Of a stretch of DNA of 64,000 nt, positions 30,739-40,922 are shown in pieces. The notes under the pieces were generated by a model, which had not been told where the DNA came from, did no database searches, and was given only the letters and a program-made list of their open reading frames with translations. The stretch's first letter is position 1, and each line of letters starts with the position of its first letter. Source of the DNA: Planctomycetota bacterium (GTDB lineage: Bacteria; Planctomycetota; B15-G4); NCBI GenBank assembly GCA_038212275.1, contig JBBQUR010000001.1, positions 224,001 to 288,000 on the forward strand, given 5' to 3'. A program made the translations under genes and the position numbers.

Positions 30739-31632
30739 TCAATCCGGCTCGCCCTCCGGCGAGGCGTCCTCGCTCTCGCGCGCATCGGTCCACGTGGCAA
30801 AGGCGCGCGCGAACTGTGCGCCGGTGAAGACGATGATCGACGCGAAGTAGACCCAGACGAGCAGTACGACGAGCGAACCGGCCGCGCCGTAGGCCGAGAC
30901 CACGGCCGCGTGCCCGACGTACTGGCCGATGGCCCAGGCTCCGGCCAGGAAGAGTCCGGAGGTCAGCAGCGCACCGCTCCACGCCTCGCGCCAGGTCACG
31001 CGCGCCTCCGGCAGCCACTTGAAGAGCAGTGCGAAGAGTGTGGTCGTCACCGCGAAGGACGAGGAGAGGCGCAGCGCGAGGCTGACCCCGGCGCTGGCGC
31101 CGACGAGCTCGTCGAGTCCCGAACCCAGCGCGGACACGATGGTGTTCACGAGCATGGACGCCAGCAGCAGCACGCCGAGGCAGAAGACCATGGCCATGGA
31201 GACCAGCCGCGTACGCAGGTAGCGGATCGCGCCCTGCTTCGGGCCCGGCCGCACGCCCCAGATGAGGTTGAGGCCGTCCTGCAGCTGCGCGAAGACGGCC
31301 GATGCGCCCAGCACGAGCATCGCGAGGCCCACTCCCGATGCCCACAGGCCGGCGGACGAGGCGTGCTGCTCCTGCGCCAGCGTGCGCACCAGCGCAGCGC
31401 CATCGGGCCCCAGCGCATCCGAGACCTGCTGCACGACATGCTCCTGCACCAGGTCGCCATCCACGATGAGCCCGGTGACCGCAAAGGTGATGACCACCAG
31501 CGGCGCGAGCGACAGCGCGGAGTAGTACGCCAGCGCCGCCGACATCTGCGGCACGCGGTTCGCCACGAGCCCGCTCACCGTCCCGTACACGACTCCCAGT
31601 GCGCTGTCCGGCGGCGGATTCCTCCAGTTCAT
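30739..31632 (-). CDS. YihY/BrkB-family inner membrane protein
   Basis: SAALAYYSALSLAP, LQDGLNLIW, YGAAGSLVVLLVWVY. Confidence 0.92.
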   Translation of the reverse strand: MNWRNPPPDSALGVVYGTVSGLVANRVPQMSAALAYYSALSLAPLVVITFAVTGLIVDGDLVQEHVVQQVSDALGPDGAALVRTLAQEQHASSAGLWASGVGLAMLVLGASAVFAQLQDGLNLIWGVRPGPKQGAIRYLRTRLVSMAMVFCLGVLLLASMLVNTIVSALGSGLDELVGASAGVSLALRLSSSFAVTTTLFALLFKWLPEARVTWREAWSGALLTSGLFLAGAWAIGQYVGHAAVVSAYGAAGSLVVLLVWVYFASIIVFTGAQFARAFATWTDARESEDASPEGEPD

Positions 31633-31666
31633 GGAGCGGATGATAACGTCGTGTCGCGGCTGGCGT

Positions 31667-33358
31667 TCAGCGAGGCGCGGCCACGGGAACGAACCGGCAG
31701 CAGCCGAACATGCGCCGCGCCCAGGCGTCGAAGCGCTCGCCGTCGTCGAAGGCGCGCCCGGGATCGAAGCGCAGCGGGTCCACCAGGATCACCGGGTCCC
31801 GCATGCCGATCGCGCGGTCCACTGCCTCAAACAGGACCGCGGCGAAGTCGTGATCGCGAAGCCAGGCGAGTTGCAGCGCCTCCCAGCCTCGCTCCCCGCG
31901 CCGCTCCGGAACCACGTGCTGCGGGCCCAGCAGCACGAAGGCATCAGCGCCCGCGGGGAGTCCCGAGCCGGCCTGCACGTAGCGCACCGCATGGTCCGGG
32001 TCCCAGCACGACCACGTGCCGTCGCGCGGATCGAGCACCTCGACGAAGCGATGGGCTCCGACAGACGCCGGACGCGTGCTGAATACCTGCACGAGGCGGC
32101 TCGTGAGCTCCAGGCGATCGAGCAGCGCCTTCAGGGCGTAGGCGCGCGGCCCGCACGACAGGTGCGGGCGGCCCTGCGAGAGCCCGCGCTGGTGCGCCCA
32201 CATCCAGTGCAGGACGCGCGGCGTGTCGTAGGCGTAGCGGTCGTGGTCGCCGTCGATCCGGTGCTCCGAGTTGGCCGTGATGAAGTCGAGTGCCCGCCAC
32301 AGCATGGCCTCGTGCCCGTCGCCAGGGGGGGCGGCACCCGGCGACTCGCGCAGCCAGGCGAGCAGTTCGTCGAGTTCGTAGCCTTCGCGACCGAGTTGCG
32401 CGGCGCCGCCGAAGGAGATCGCGTAGCGGCGGCCGTTCGTGTTCGGATCCGTGCCGTCGCTGCTCGAGAACCAGAGCGCGGCGCCCCAGTGGCTGTACCG
32501 TCCCGCGCCGAACTCGCGCACCAGCGAGTGGCGCTGGTGGGCAGGCCCGAGCGGCATGTCGTCCTCGTGCAGGACGAGGTCCGAACGGAACAGGGTCTCC
32601 GGTCCGTCGCTGCCGGCCTCGTGCGCGGGAAGCGCGGCGGTGAAGGCGAGCTGTCCGCTGGGGGCGAACGGCCGTTCCAGGATCTCGCGGCGGAATCGGT
32701 CCAGCGACGAGAAGTGAACGAACGGCCCCTGCACCGACGCGCCGTGCTCCTCGAAGAAGCGGCGCAGCTCTGGCGTGTACGGCCGGCCGTCGGCCTCGTC
32801 GTTGAAGGCGAGGAAGACCGCGCCGCCCGGGGCCAGGTGCCGGCTCGCGAGGTGCTCGAGGAACCAGCGCCATTCGACGGCCGTCCAGACTTGCGGCGTC
32901 TTGTGGCCGTTGAAGCAGATCTGGAACGCGGTCACGAGATCGAATCGTACGCCGAAGTCGGGCAGCGGCGACAACGCCTCGATGCGGTGCACGCGCCGGT
33001 TCACGCCGAGGGCTGCGACGAGTTCGTCGTACATCGGCGTGTCGTCCACGTCGAGCGCGGCCGCGCGATGACCGAGGCGCCCGCAAAGGTACGGAAAGAA
33101 GCCGGAGCCGGTGCCCAAGTCGAGCACGGAGCGATGCGGTTGGCGGGCGAGTTGCAGCCGCCGGACGTGCGCGAACTTTTCGACGAGCTGTCCGCCGAAG
33201 TCCAGGTACTTGCTGTAACCGTGGCCCGGGGCGGCGGCGCGGTGTCGCTCGCGGATCTCCCGCAGCCGGGTGAGGTCCAGGCCCGTGATCACCGCGCGCA
33301 GCTCGGCGGGGAGGTCGGTGTCGGCGAGCCCGCCGTCTGTCGGCGCTGTTGTGGCCAT
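31667..33358 (-). CDS. Class I SAM methyltransferase fused to an unnamed middle domain and a transglutaminase-like domain
   Basis: VLDLGTGSG; GRYSHW...FSSSDGTDPNTNGRRY; LSCGPR...HRFVEV...WDPD. Confidence 0.75.
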   Translation of the reverse strand: MATTAPTDGGLADTDLPAELRAVITGLDLTRLREIRERHRAAAPGHGYSKYLDFGGQLVEKFAHVRRLQLARQPHRSVLDLGTGSGFFPYLCGRLGHRAAALDVDDTPMYDELVAALGVNRRVHRIEALSPLPDFGVRFDLVTAFQICFNGHKTPQVWTAVEWRWFLEHLASRHLAPGGAVFLAFNDEADGRPYTPELRRFFEEHGASVQGPFVHFSSLDRFRREILERPFAPSGQLAFTAALPAHEAGSDGPETLFRSDLVLHEDDMPLGPAHQRHSLVREFGAGRYSHWGAALWFSSSDGTDPNTNGRRYAISFGGAAQLGREGYELDELLAWLRESPGAAPPGDGHEAMLWRALDFITANSEHRIDGDHDRYAYDTPRVLHWMWAHQRGLSQGRPHLSCGPRAYALKALLDRLELTSRLVQVFSTRPASVGAHRFVEVLDPRDGTWSCWDPDHAVRYVQAGSGLPAGADAFVLLGPQHVVPERRGERGWEALQLAWLRDHDFAAVLFEAVDRAIGMRDPVILVDPLRFDPGRAFDDGERFDAWARRMFGCCRFVPVAAPR

Positions 33359-33531
33359 GTTTCGCTCCGCCGCTGCTGGGGAGCGCGCGATGCTGCGCCT
33401 TGTGGCGCGGGCCGTCAAGCACGACTCCCGCACAGGGAGCCGCCTCGCACCGAGGCTGCTTCCTTGCTGGCGCGGAGCGCTGTCCGCAGGCTAGATTCCG
33501 GCTTCCGTCACCACGCTCCGAGGAGAGTCCC

Positions 33532-34950
33532 TTGTCCACCACCACGCTCCAGGCCGACGTCGTCGTCATCGGGTCCGGTCCCGGGGGCTACGTGGCCGCG
33601 ATCCGGCTCGCCCAGGCCGGCCTGAAGACCGTCTGCGTGGAGCGCGAGGTCATCGGCGGCGTGTGCCTCAACTGGGGCTGCATCCCGAGCAAGGCGATGA
33701 TCGCCGCCAGCACGCTGGCCGAGTCCATCAAGCACGGCGCCACGATGGGCATCAAGGTGGACGGCGTGTCGGTGGACATGGGCGTCATGAAGGCCTGGAA
33801 GGACGGCATCGTGAAGCGCCTCACCGGCGGCATCGGCGAGCTGTTCAAGCGCAACGGCGTGCAGTTCGTGAAGGGCGAGGCGAGCTTCGTCTCGCCGACG
33901 CAGATCCGCGTGAAGAGCAGCGACGGCGAGACGACCATCAACACGAAGAAGACGCTCATCGCCACCGGCGCGCGCACCGTGTCGCTGCCCGGCATGGACA
34001 TCGACGGCAAGCGCTTCCTCTCGGCCAAGGAGGCGCTGGACCTCACGGCCGCGCCGGGAAACTTCCTGGTGATCGGCGGTGGCATCGTCGGCTGCGAGAT
34101 CGGCACCTACATGGCCAAGCTCGGCAGCAACGTGACCATCGTCGAGCTGGCGCCGCAGATCCTCACCGGCACCGACCCGGACATGACACGGGTGGTCGAG
34201 CGCGGCATGCGCAAGCGCAAGATCACCGTGCTCACCGGCACGAAGGTCTCGCACATCGAACACAAGCCCGACGGCATGACGGTCACGCTGGCCACGGCCG
34301 ACGGCGAGCAGACGCTGGCCGCGGACAAGGTGCTCGTGGCGGTGGGCTTCAAGCCGAACACCGAGGGCCTGAACCTCGGCAACGTCGGCGTGCGCATGGA
34401 TCCGAAGGGCCACGTGCTCGTGGACGCTCAGCTGCGTACCAGCAACCCGGCGATCTTCGCCATCGGCGACGTGATCGGCCCGCCATACCTCGCGCACAAG
34501 GCCAGCCACGAGGGCCTCGTCGCCGCGGAGGTCATCTCGGGCCTGAACGTCTCGCTGGACGTGAAGGCGATGCCGGCCGCGATCTTCACCGACCCGGAGA
34601 TCGCGAGCGTCGGCCTCACGGAAGCGCAGGCGCGCGAAAAGGGCCTGAACATCAAGGTCTCCAGCTTCCCGTGGGTGGCCAACGGCCGCGCGCTCGCCAT
34701 CGGCGGCAGCGACGGCATCACCAAGCTCATCGCCGACGCGGACGACGACACGCTGCTCGGCATGCACATCGTGGGTCACGAAGCGAGCAACCTCATCTCG
34801 GAGGGCGCGCTGGCCATCGAGATGGGCGCCACCGTCAAGGACATTGGCCTCACCGTTCACCCGCACCCGACGCTCTCCGAGACAGTCATGGAGTGCGCGC
34901 ACGTCGTCGAGGGCCACGCGATTCACATCTTCGTTCCGCCGAAGAAGTGA
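33532..34950 (+). CDS. lpdA: Dihydrolipoamide dehydrogenase E3
   Basis: GSGPGGYVAA, GGVCLNWGCIPSK, GGGIVGCE, HPHPTLSE; AGGAG RBS before TTG. Confidence 0.97.
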   Translation: MSTTTLQADVVVIGSGPGGYVAAIRLAQAGLKTVCVEREVIGGVCLNWGCIPSKAMIAASTLAESIKHGATMGIKVDGVSVDMGVMKAWKDGIVKRLTGGIGELFKRNGVQFVKGEASFVSPTQIRVKSSDGETTINTKKTLIATGARTVSLPGMDIDGKRFLSAKEALDLTAAPGNFLVIGGGIVGCEIGTYMAKLGSNVTIVELAPQILTGTDPDMTRVVERGMRKRKITVLTGTKVSHIEHKPDGMTVTLATADGEQTLAADKVLVAVGFKPNTEGLNLGNVGVRMDPKGHVLVDAQLRTSNPAIFAIGDVIGPPYLAHKASHEGLVAAEVISGLNVSLDVKAMPAAIFTDPEIASVGLTEAQAREKGLNIKVSSFPWVANGRALAIGGSDGITKLIADADDDTLLGMHIVGHEASNLISEGALAIEMGATVKDIGLTVHPHPTLSETVMECAHVVEGHAIHIFVPPKK

Positions 34951-34957
34951 GCCCGCG

Positions 34958-35812
34958 ATGCGCGATGCCACCGGCGTGCGCGACGTGGTTCCGGTGCGCC
35001 GTGCTGCTGCGGTGCGCGACGTGACCGACCTAGCTGTCCGCGACCTCGGGCACATGCCGTATCGCGCCGCGTGGGCGCTGCAGAGAGAACTGGTCGAGGC
35101 GCGGCTCGCAGGCACGGCCCCCGACACACTGCTGCTCGTCGAGCACGCGCCCGTCATCACCGTGGGGCGCGGCACAAAGGGCGAGTTTCTCGCCTCGGGC
35201 GTGCAGCGCGCGGCGCCGCAGTCCGGCGATGCCGCCGACGCCGTGTTCATCGCGCTGCCCGGCGGCGCGCGCGCCGAGGTCATCGAGGTCGAGCGCGGCG
35301 GGCAGGCCACCTACCACGGCCCGGGCCAGCTCGTCGCCTACCCGATCGTGAAGCTGCGCGAAGGCCACCGCGACCTGCACGCGTACATGCGGGCCTTGGA
35401 GCAGGCCGTCATCGACACGCTGGGTGAGCACGGCTTCGCGACGGACGACATGCCGAAGACCGCCAGGAGCAATGTGCCGGCCAGCACGTCGAGCGGCGAC
35501 GCGGCGTCGCGCGGCCCGCATGCCGGCCGCAAGCCCGGCGCCACAGGAGTGTGGATCGACGGCCAGCGCAAGCTCTGCAGCATCGGCGTCGCCGCCTCGC
35601 GCTGGGTCACGTACCACGGGCTCGCGCTCAACGTGCAGCCCGACCTGTCGCACTTCGCCGCCATCAAGCCCTGCGGTTTCGAGGCGGGCGTGATGACCAG
35701 CGTGGTGCGGGAGCGATCAGGCAGTGGTGTCGAGCCCGGGGTCATGCGCGCGGCGCTGTTGTCCGCGCTCGGCGTGCAACTGAACCGGTTTCGCGAGGTT
35801 GCCGTTCCCTGA
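34958..35812 (+). CDS. lipB: Octanoyltransferase LipB
   Basis: LLLVEHAPVITVG, RGGQATYHGPGQLVAYP, KLCSIG, HGLALN, PCG. Confidence 0.95.
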   Translation: MRDATGVRDVVPVRRAAAVRDVTDLAVRDLGHMPYRAAWALQRELVEARLAGTAPDTLLLVEHAPVITVGRGTKGEFLASGVQRAAPQSGDAADAVFIALPGGARAEVIEVERGGQATYHGPGQLVAYPIVKLREGHRDLHAYMRALEQAVIDTLGEHGFATDDMPKTARSNVPASTSSGDAASRGPHAGRKPGATGVWIDGQRKLCSIGVAASRWVTYHGLALNVQPDLSHFAAIKPCGFEAGVMTSVVRERSGSGVEPGVMRAALLSALGVQLNRFREVAVP

Positions 35813-36114
35813 AGTCGGTCGAGTTGCAACAAGGTCCGCGCCCGCTTCCGCGGTGAATCCTCCTGCAGCATCCACTGCGGGGCCGGCAGCAGGGGGCTTT
35901 CTGCGCGACCGCCCCAATGCGGACCGCGACAGTGTGCTCACGCCCTTGGCCCCGCCTCGTGCGTACCTGGCTTCCTGTTTCCGATGGACACCTCCATCTC
36001 TGCCTTCTCCTGCCAGATGGTGGTCCACGGAAATCATGGGCGGGGGATGTCGCAACCGGCTTGGCCGTGATAGCGTCCGATCCTGATCAGGGGCAGACTT
36101 CGGATGGAGGGCGC

Positions 36115-38859
36115 ATGTCACGCACCGATATTGTCAGCGAGATGGGGCGGCGAGGCCTGTTGGTCGTGTTGCTGGGAGTGCTGATGGCTACAGGGCCCCG
36201 TGCTGGAGTGATCCACGTTCCAGCGGACCAGCCGACCATCCAGGCCGGCATTATGGCGGCGCAGGGGGGCGATCACGTGCTCGTGGCGCCTGGCACCTAC
36301 CACGAGGCCATCTCCTTCCTCGGCAAGGGCATCGTGGTCGAGTCGATTGGCGGGTCGGCGCTCACGATCATCGATGCGACGGGGCTGGGAACGAGTGTCG
36401 TATCGATGGTGAACGGAGAGCCGGAGGCAACTCGGCTTGAAGGCTTCACGATCACAGGTGGCAACAGCGTCGGCAACGGCGGTGGTATCACGATCGGTGG
36501 CGACTGCTTCAAGCCCGGGCCTGAGGTTGCCGAGTGTCTCCTCAGCGGCAACACGGCGGCTGGCCTCGGAGGCGGAATCTACGCCGCGCGCGGAGTCATT
36601 GATCACTGTCAACTGGTAGAAAATCAGGCGGCGTCAGGCGGGGGAGCATACGCCTGCGACCGCGTGGCCATGCGCTCGTGCCTGGTGAACTCCAACGTCG
36701 CCATCAATGGCGGCGGCGTGTTCCTCTTCTACAACGCAGGTTCGGATGTGTCTCTCGTCGAGTGCACGATAAGCCGCAATCAAGGCGGAGGCGTTTACGT
36801 TCGCTCTGAGAATTTCTTCACCCAGGGAACAGTCGCAGAAGAGTGCGTGATCGCCGACAACACGGGCGGCGGGGCTGGAAGCGGTCTAACTTACGACCCG
36901 TACATCGACAACATTGACGAAGTCACCCTGCTGTTGAACAGCGTACTTTCCGGCAATGGGCTGGCGGTCGTGCCCCAAGGGCACTTTGCGACGGGATATT
37001 ATTTCATTGTCGGCTCGATCCTTTCAGGCGCGCCGCTGTCCGGCTATTATTTATACGTGTCGTGGTCCGACGACGTCGGCGGTCGGCCTGGTACCGGAAA
37101 CATCGCCGCGGACCCGCTCTTCGTCGACCCGGTGCACCTCGACTTCCACCTGCAGCCTGGTTCGCCGTGCATCGATGCCGGCGATCCCGCAGCTTCACTG
37201 CCCGCTTACCAGGACATCGACGGCGAAGCCCGCATCGCCAACGGCCGGATCGACATGGGGGTCGATGAAGTTCATGACTGCGATGGTGACCAGTTGCCGG
37301 ACTACCTGGTGCTCGCTGCGGGAATGGATTCGGACATCGACGGAAACCACGTGCCTGACGCCTGTGACCCGGATTGCAACGGGAACGGCCTCGTGGATGG
37401 TTTCGACCTGATCCTGGGCACGTCGCACGACTGCAACCTGAACGGCATTCCGGACGAGTGTGAGCCCGTTTCAGACTGCAACGACAACGGTCAGAACGAC
37501 GCCTGCGACATTGCGACCGGAATCAGCAAGGACTGCAACGGCAACGGCACACCCGACGAGTGTGACATTGCGTCGGGCAGCAGCAGCGACGAAAATGGAA
37601 ATGGCGTTCCCGACGAATGTGAATCCATCATGGTTCCTCAAGAAGCGCCTACTATCGCTGTTGCTGTGGCGATGGCAGAGCCGGGAACCACGATTCTGTT
37701 GGCGCCCGGCACGTGGTCGGGGCCGGGTTTCTCCGGTATCACCGTGAACAAGTTGCTCCACTTCAAGGGTGCCGCTGGGCCAGAAGTCTGTGTGATCGAC
37801 GGCACAGCCGCGGCTGGCGCTCGATTCGCCACGTTGAACGTTGCTGGCTGCTCCATCGAGGGATTGACATTCCGGGCGTTTGTTTCGGGATCCGTCTCGG
37901 GCGGAGCCATTTCCGCTGGTTACTCAGTTGAAGTGAAAGCGTGCCGCTTCGAGAACTGCTCGACATCGAGCCTGAGTGGGGGCGGGGCGATCATCCTGAG
38001 CGGAAATGCCGGCCAGAAGAGCGTGATCAGCAACTGCGTGTTTTCCGGAAACCATTCAGGCACCGAGGCGGGTGCTCTGGTCGTCACCGGTCAGCAGCTG
38101 GCAATCCTGCACTGCTCCTTCGTGGACAATGCTGCCATCTCGCGTGGTGATGACATCTCCATCAAGTCGAATGCCAAGGTCGCGGTTTCCGACTCCATTT
38201 TCTGGAGTCCGTCGTCGCAACTGCCGTCGATTTACTTCAATGGCGCTCAATCAACGCTGGGCTGCTCGACCAGCGATGTCCTCGCGGGCCGGTTCGGCGT
38301 GCAGTTCGGCACGAATCCCGGATTGTTCACCTGGGGCGCCGGCAACCTCGATGCCGACCCGCAGTTCGTCGATGCCGCATTCGGTGATTTTCATCTCGTC
38401 CCCGGCTCGCCGTGCATCAACGCCGGCGACCCGGCGGGAGAGCCCGATGCCGACAACTCGCCGCCGGACATGGGTGCCTATGCGTATCAACCCTGGGTAG
38501 ATCTAGGTGGCGGCGTAGGCGGGTCATTCGGCGTGCCGCTGCTCGAGATGAACGGCCCGCTCACGGGCGACACTGCAGTGACCTGGTCGCTCTCGAGCGC
38601 CCGCGCGGGCACGCCGTTCGTTCTCATCGCCGGCTTCTCCGAAGCCGGCACTCCGTACTACGGCGGCATCCTGTGGCCGATGCCCGACGCGCTCGTCAAC
38701 GGCTTGGAATTCGGGCCGGAGGGCGCCGCATCTGGCTACGGTCGCTGGCCGCTCGGCGTGCCGCCTGGCACCAGCATCTGGCTGCAAGCCTGGTACGAAG
38801 ACATTGGCGCGCCGGCCGGCGCAGCGGGGAGCAACGGAATGCGCGGGACGGCGCCATGA
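36115..38859 (+). CDS. Secreted protein with two right-handed beta-helix modules and seven DCNGNG-type Ca-binding repeats
   Basis: IHVPADQPTIQAGI, GGG(I/A)Y repeats, two DP.FVD...DFHL.PGSPCI.AGDP motifs, DCNxNGxPDECE repeats. Confidence 0.85.
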   Translation: MSRTDIVSEMGRRGLLVVLLGVLMATGPRAGVIHVPADQPTIQAGIMAAQGGDHVLVAPGTYHEAISFLGKGIVVESIGGSALTIIDATGLGTSVVSMVNGEPEATRLEGFTITGGNSVGNGGGITIGGDCFKPGPEVAECLLSGNTAAGLGGGIYAARGVIDHCQLVENQAASGGGAYACDRVAMRSCLVNSNVAINGGGVFLFYNAGSDVSLVECTISRNQGGGVYVRSENFFTQGTVAEECVIADNTGGGAGSGLTYDPYIDNIDEVTLLLNSVLSGNGLAVVPQGHFATGYYFIVGSILSGAPLSGYYLYVSWSDDVGGRPGTGNIAADPLFVDPVHLDFHLQPGSPCIDAGDPAASLPAYQDIDGEARIANGRIDMGVDEVHDCDGDQLPDYLVLAAGMDSDIDGNHVPDACDPDCNGNGLVDGFDLILGTSHDCNLNGIPDECEPVSDCNDNGQNDACDIATGISKDCNGNGTPDECDIASGSSSDENGNGVPDECESIMVPQEAPTIAVAVAMAEPGTTILLAPGTWSGPGFSGITVNKLLHFKGAAGPEVCVIDGTAAAGARFATLNVAGCSIEGLTFRAFVSGSVSGGAISAGYSVEVKACRFENCSTSSLSGGGAIILSGNAGQKSVISNCVFSGNHSGTEAGALVVTGQQLAILHCSFVDNAAISRGDDISIKSNAKVAVSDSIFWSPSSQLPSIYFNGAQSTLGCSTSDVLAGRFGVQFGTNPGLFTWGAGNLDADPQFVDAAFGDFHLVPGSPCINAGDPAGEPDADNSPPDMGAYAYQPWVDLGGGVGGSFGVPLLEMNGPLTGDTAVTWSLSSARAGTPFVLIAGFSEAGTPYYGGILWPMPDALVNGLEFGPEGAASGYGRWPLGVPPGTSIWLQAWYEDIGAPAGAAGSNGMRGTAP

Positions 38860-39029
38860 GCGTTGCGATCCGAACGCCACGGGCGCGCGAGCCCGCAGTG
38901 CGGTTGGCGGCACGGCACTGATCCTCAAGCAGGCTCGGCACACTTGCCGTGAGCCAGCAGTGCGTGCTGTGGAGTACGCTCCGCGCCCGAGTGCCTCACC
39001 GGCACGAGCATCCACCGTGAGGCTTCCGC

Positions 39030-39899
39030 ATGCACGCAGCACCGCCCCCCGACTTCGCCGCCATCGCCCGCACCGAGGGCGCGGCACGCGCCGCGTCCGA
39101 ACGCGAGACGCTGGCGCGGCTGACCGAACTCGTCGGCATCGTGTATCGCCTGCGCGACGACGACGGCTGTCCGTGGGACCGCGCGCAGTCGGTGGACAGC
39201 ATGGCGCTCAACCTCGTGGAGGAGGCCTTCGAGGCGCACGAGGCCATCGCGAATGACGACGACGCGCACGTCTGCGAGGAGCTGGGAGACACGCTCATGA
39301 ACATCCTGCTCATCGCGCGCATCGCGGAGCAGGGCGGCCGATTCGATCTCGCGGGCGTCGCGGCCGGCATCGCGGAGAAGCTCGTGCGCCGGCATCCGCA
39401 CGTCTTCGGCGATCGCCACGCGGGCAACGAGGCCGAGGCGCTGGCCAGCTGGAATGCCGCGAAGGACGCCGAGCAGGCGGACAAGAAGGCCAGCCGTCCC
39501 TCGGTGCTGGACGGAGTCCCCGAGGGCCTGCCCGCGCTGGCCGCCGCGCTGCGCACTGGGCAGAAGGCCGCCGGCGTCGGCTTCGACTGGCCCGACGAGC
39601 AGGGCGCGCTGCTCAAGCTGGACGAAGAGGTCGCTGAATTGCGTGGCGCGATCGGCCTGGGCGAAGCGCACAAGATCGAAGAGGAGCTGGGCGACGTGCT
39701 CTTCTCCGCGGTCAATGTGGCGCGCAAGCTGAAGTTGGACCCGGAGCTGGTGCTGCGCCGCGCGACCGCCAAGTTCAAGCGGCGCTTCGCGGTGGTGGAG
39801 GCCAGCTTCGGCTCCTCGCTGGGCAGCACGCCCCTCGATGATCTCGAGCACGCCTGGCGCGTCGCCGCAAGCAGCGAGACTCCGCGCATCCTGCCCTGA
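39030..39899 (+). CDS. mazG: Nucleoside triphosphate pyrophosphohydrolase MazG (two-domain)
   Basis: GCPWDRAQS, EELGD twice, KLVRRHPHVF, GFDW. Confidence 0.95.
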   Translation: MHAAPPPDFAAIARTEGAARAASERETLARLTELVGIVYRLRDDDGCPWDRAQSVDSMALNLVEEAFEAHEAIANDDDAHVCEELGDTLMNILLIARIAEQGGRFDLAGVAAGIAEKLVRRHPHVFGDRHAGNEAEALASWNAAKDAEQADKKASRPSVLDGVPEGLPALAAALRTGQKAAGVGFDWPDEQGALLKLDEEVAELRGAIGLGEAHKIEEELGDVLFSAVNVARKLKLDPELVLRRATAKFKRRFAVVEASFGSSLGSTPLDDLEHAWRVAASSETPRILP

Positions 39900-40028
39900 G
39901 TCGCTGCGCCCCCCGGCTGCGCACCTCTGCTGCGAGCGCGCGCGTCAAGTGCGGCGTCGCGCCGGTGGCCTCTTGACATTTCACACGGAGTGCTCGCACC
40001 TCCCGCGGACGGTGGTCGCCGGGCTACC

Positions 40029-40922
40029 ATGCGCGCCATGCCCGTCTCCACGCCATGGTTCGTCGACGCGTTCACGAACAGCTACCTCGAGGCCTACGCC
40101 CACCGCGACGAGACTTCGGCGCGGCGCGAGGTCCAGGGTGCGCTGAACCTGCTGCGCCACGACGGCAGCCAGGGCATGCTGCTCGACCTCTGCTCGGGCG
40201 CAGGCCGCCACAGTCGCGCCTTCCGGCTCGCGGGCTGCCCGGTCACGTGCTTCGACCTGTCGCCGGACCTCGTGCTGCAGAGCGCCGCGATCGGCCTGCC
40301 GACGGTGCGTGGCGACATGCGTGCGCTGCCCTTCCACGGTGGCAGTTTCGCTGCGGTGGCCTGCCTGTTCTCGTCCTACGGCTACTTCGAGACGGACGCG
40401 GAACACCAGCGCACGTTGAGCGAGATGGCGCGCGTGCTCCGGCCCGGCGGCCGTGTGCTTCTCGACCTCATGGACCGCGAGACCGTGCGCTGCAAGCTGC
40501 GCCCGCAGAGCGTGGAGGTCACCGAGGGCCGCACGATCGAGGTCGAGCGCGCCCTCACCGACGACGGCACGCGCGTCGAGAAGACGGTGCGCCTGCGCCG
40601 CAGCGGGGCGCCCACGCGCCTCTGGCACGAATCCGTGCGCCTCTTCACCAGCGACGAGCTGCAGGTGCTGGCCAACGGCGCCGGCCTGAGTATCGAGCGC
40701 ACCTGCGGCGACTACGACAGCCGCCCGCACGTGCCCGGCGAGACGCGCCGCCTGCTGCTGCTCCGCAAGCCGCAGCTCCCGCAGGCCGCTGACACCGCGA
40801 CGACGACGCACGCTGCGGCGCCCGCGCCGATGCCACCGACGGCGGTGCCTGCGGCGTCCGCTGCGGCGTCGCCCGCAAGGCCACCCGCGCGGCCGCCCTC
40901 CGATCCGCGGAAGGGCTTCTGA
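40029..40922 (+). CDS. Class I SAM-dependent methyltransferase
   Basis: LLDLCSGAGRH, GDMRALP, FSSYGYF, LRPGG. Confidence 0.9.
   Translation: MRAMPVSTPWFVDAFTNSYLEAYAHRDETSARREVQGALNLLRHDGSQGMLLDLCSGAGRHSRAFRLAGCPVTCFDLSPDLVLQSAAIGLPTVRGDMRALPFHGGSFAAVACLFSSYGYFETDAEHQRTLSEMARVLRPGGRVLLDLMDRETVRCKLRPQSVEVTEGRTIEVERALTDDGTRVEKTVRLRRSGAPTRLWHESVRLFTSDELQVLANGAGLSIERTCGDYDSRPHVPGETRRLLLLRKPQLPQAADTATTTHAAAPAPMPPTAVPAASAAASPARPPARPPSDPRKGF

Noticed and set aside
33450..33475. AAGGAAGCAGCC on the minus strand resembling the SRP RNA core
   Set aside because: Lacks the CAGG-NCC-GNRA-GG helix context
37270..37625. Periodic repeats considered as a CRISPR array
   Set aside because: Degenerate in-frame protein repeats (DCNGNG); no identical DNA repeats with spacers and no cas genes
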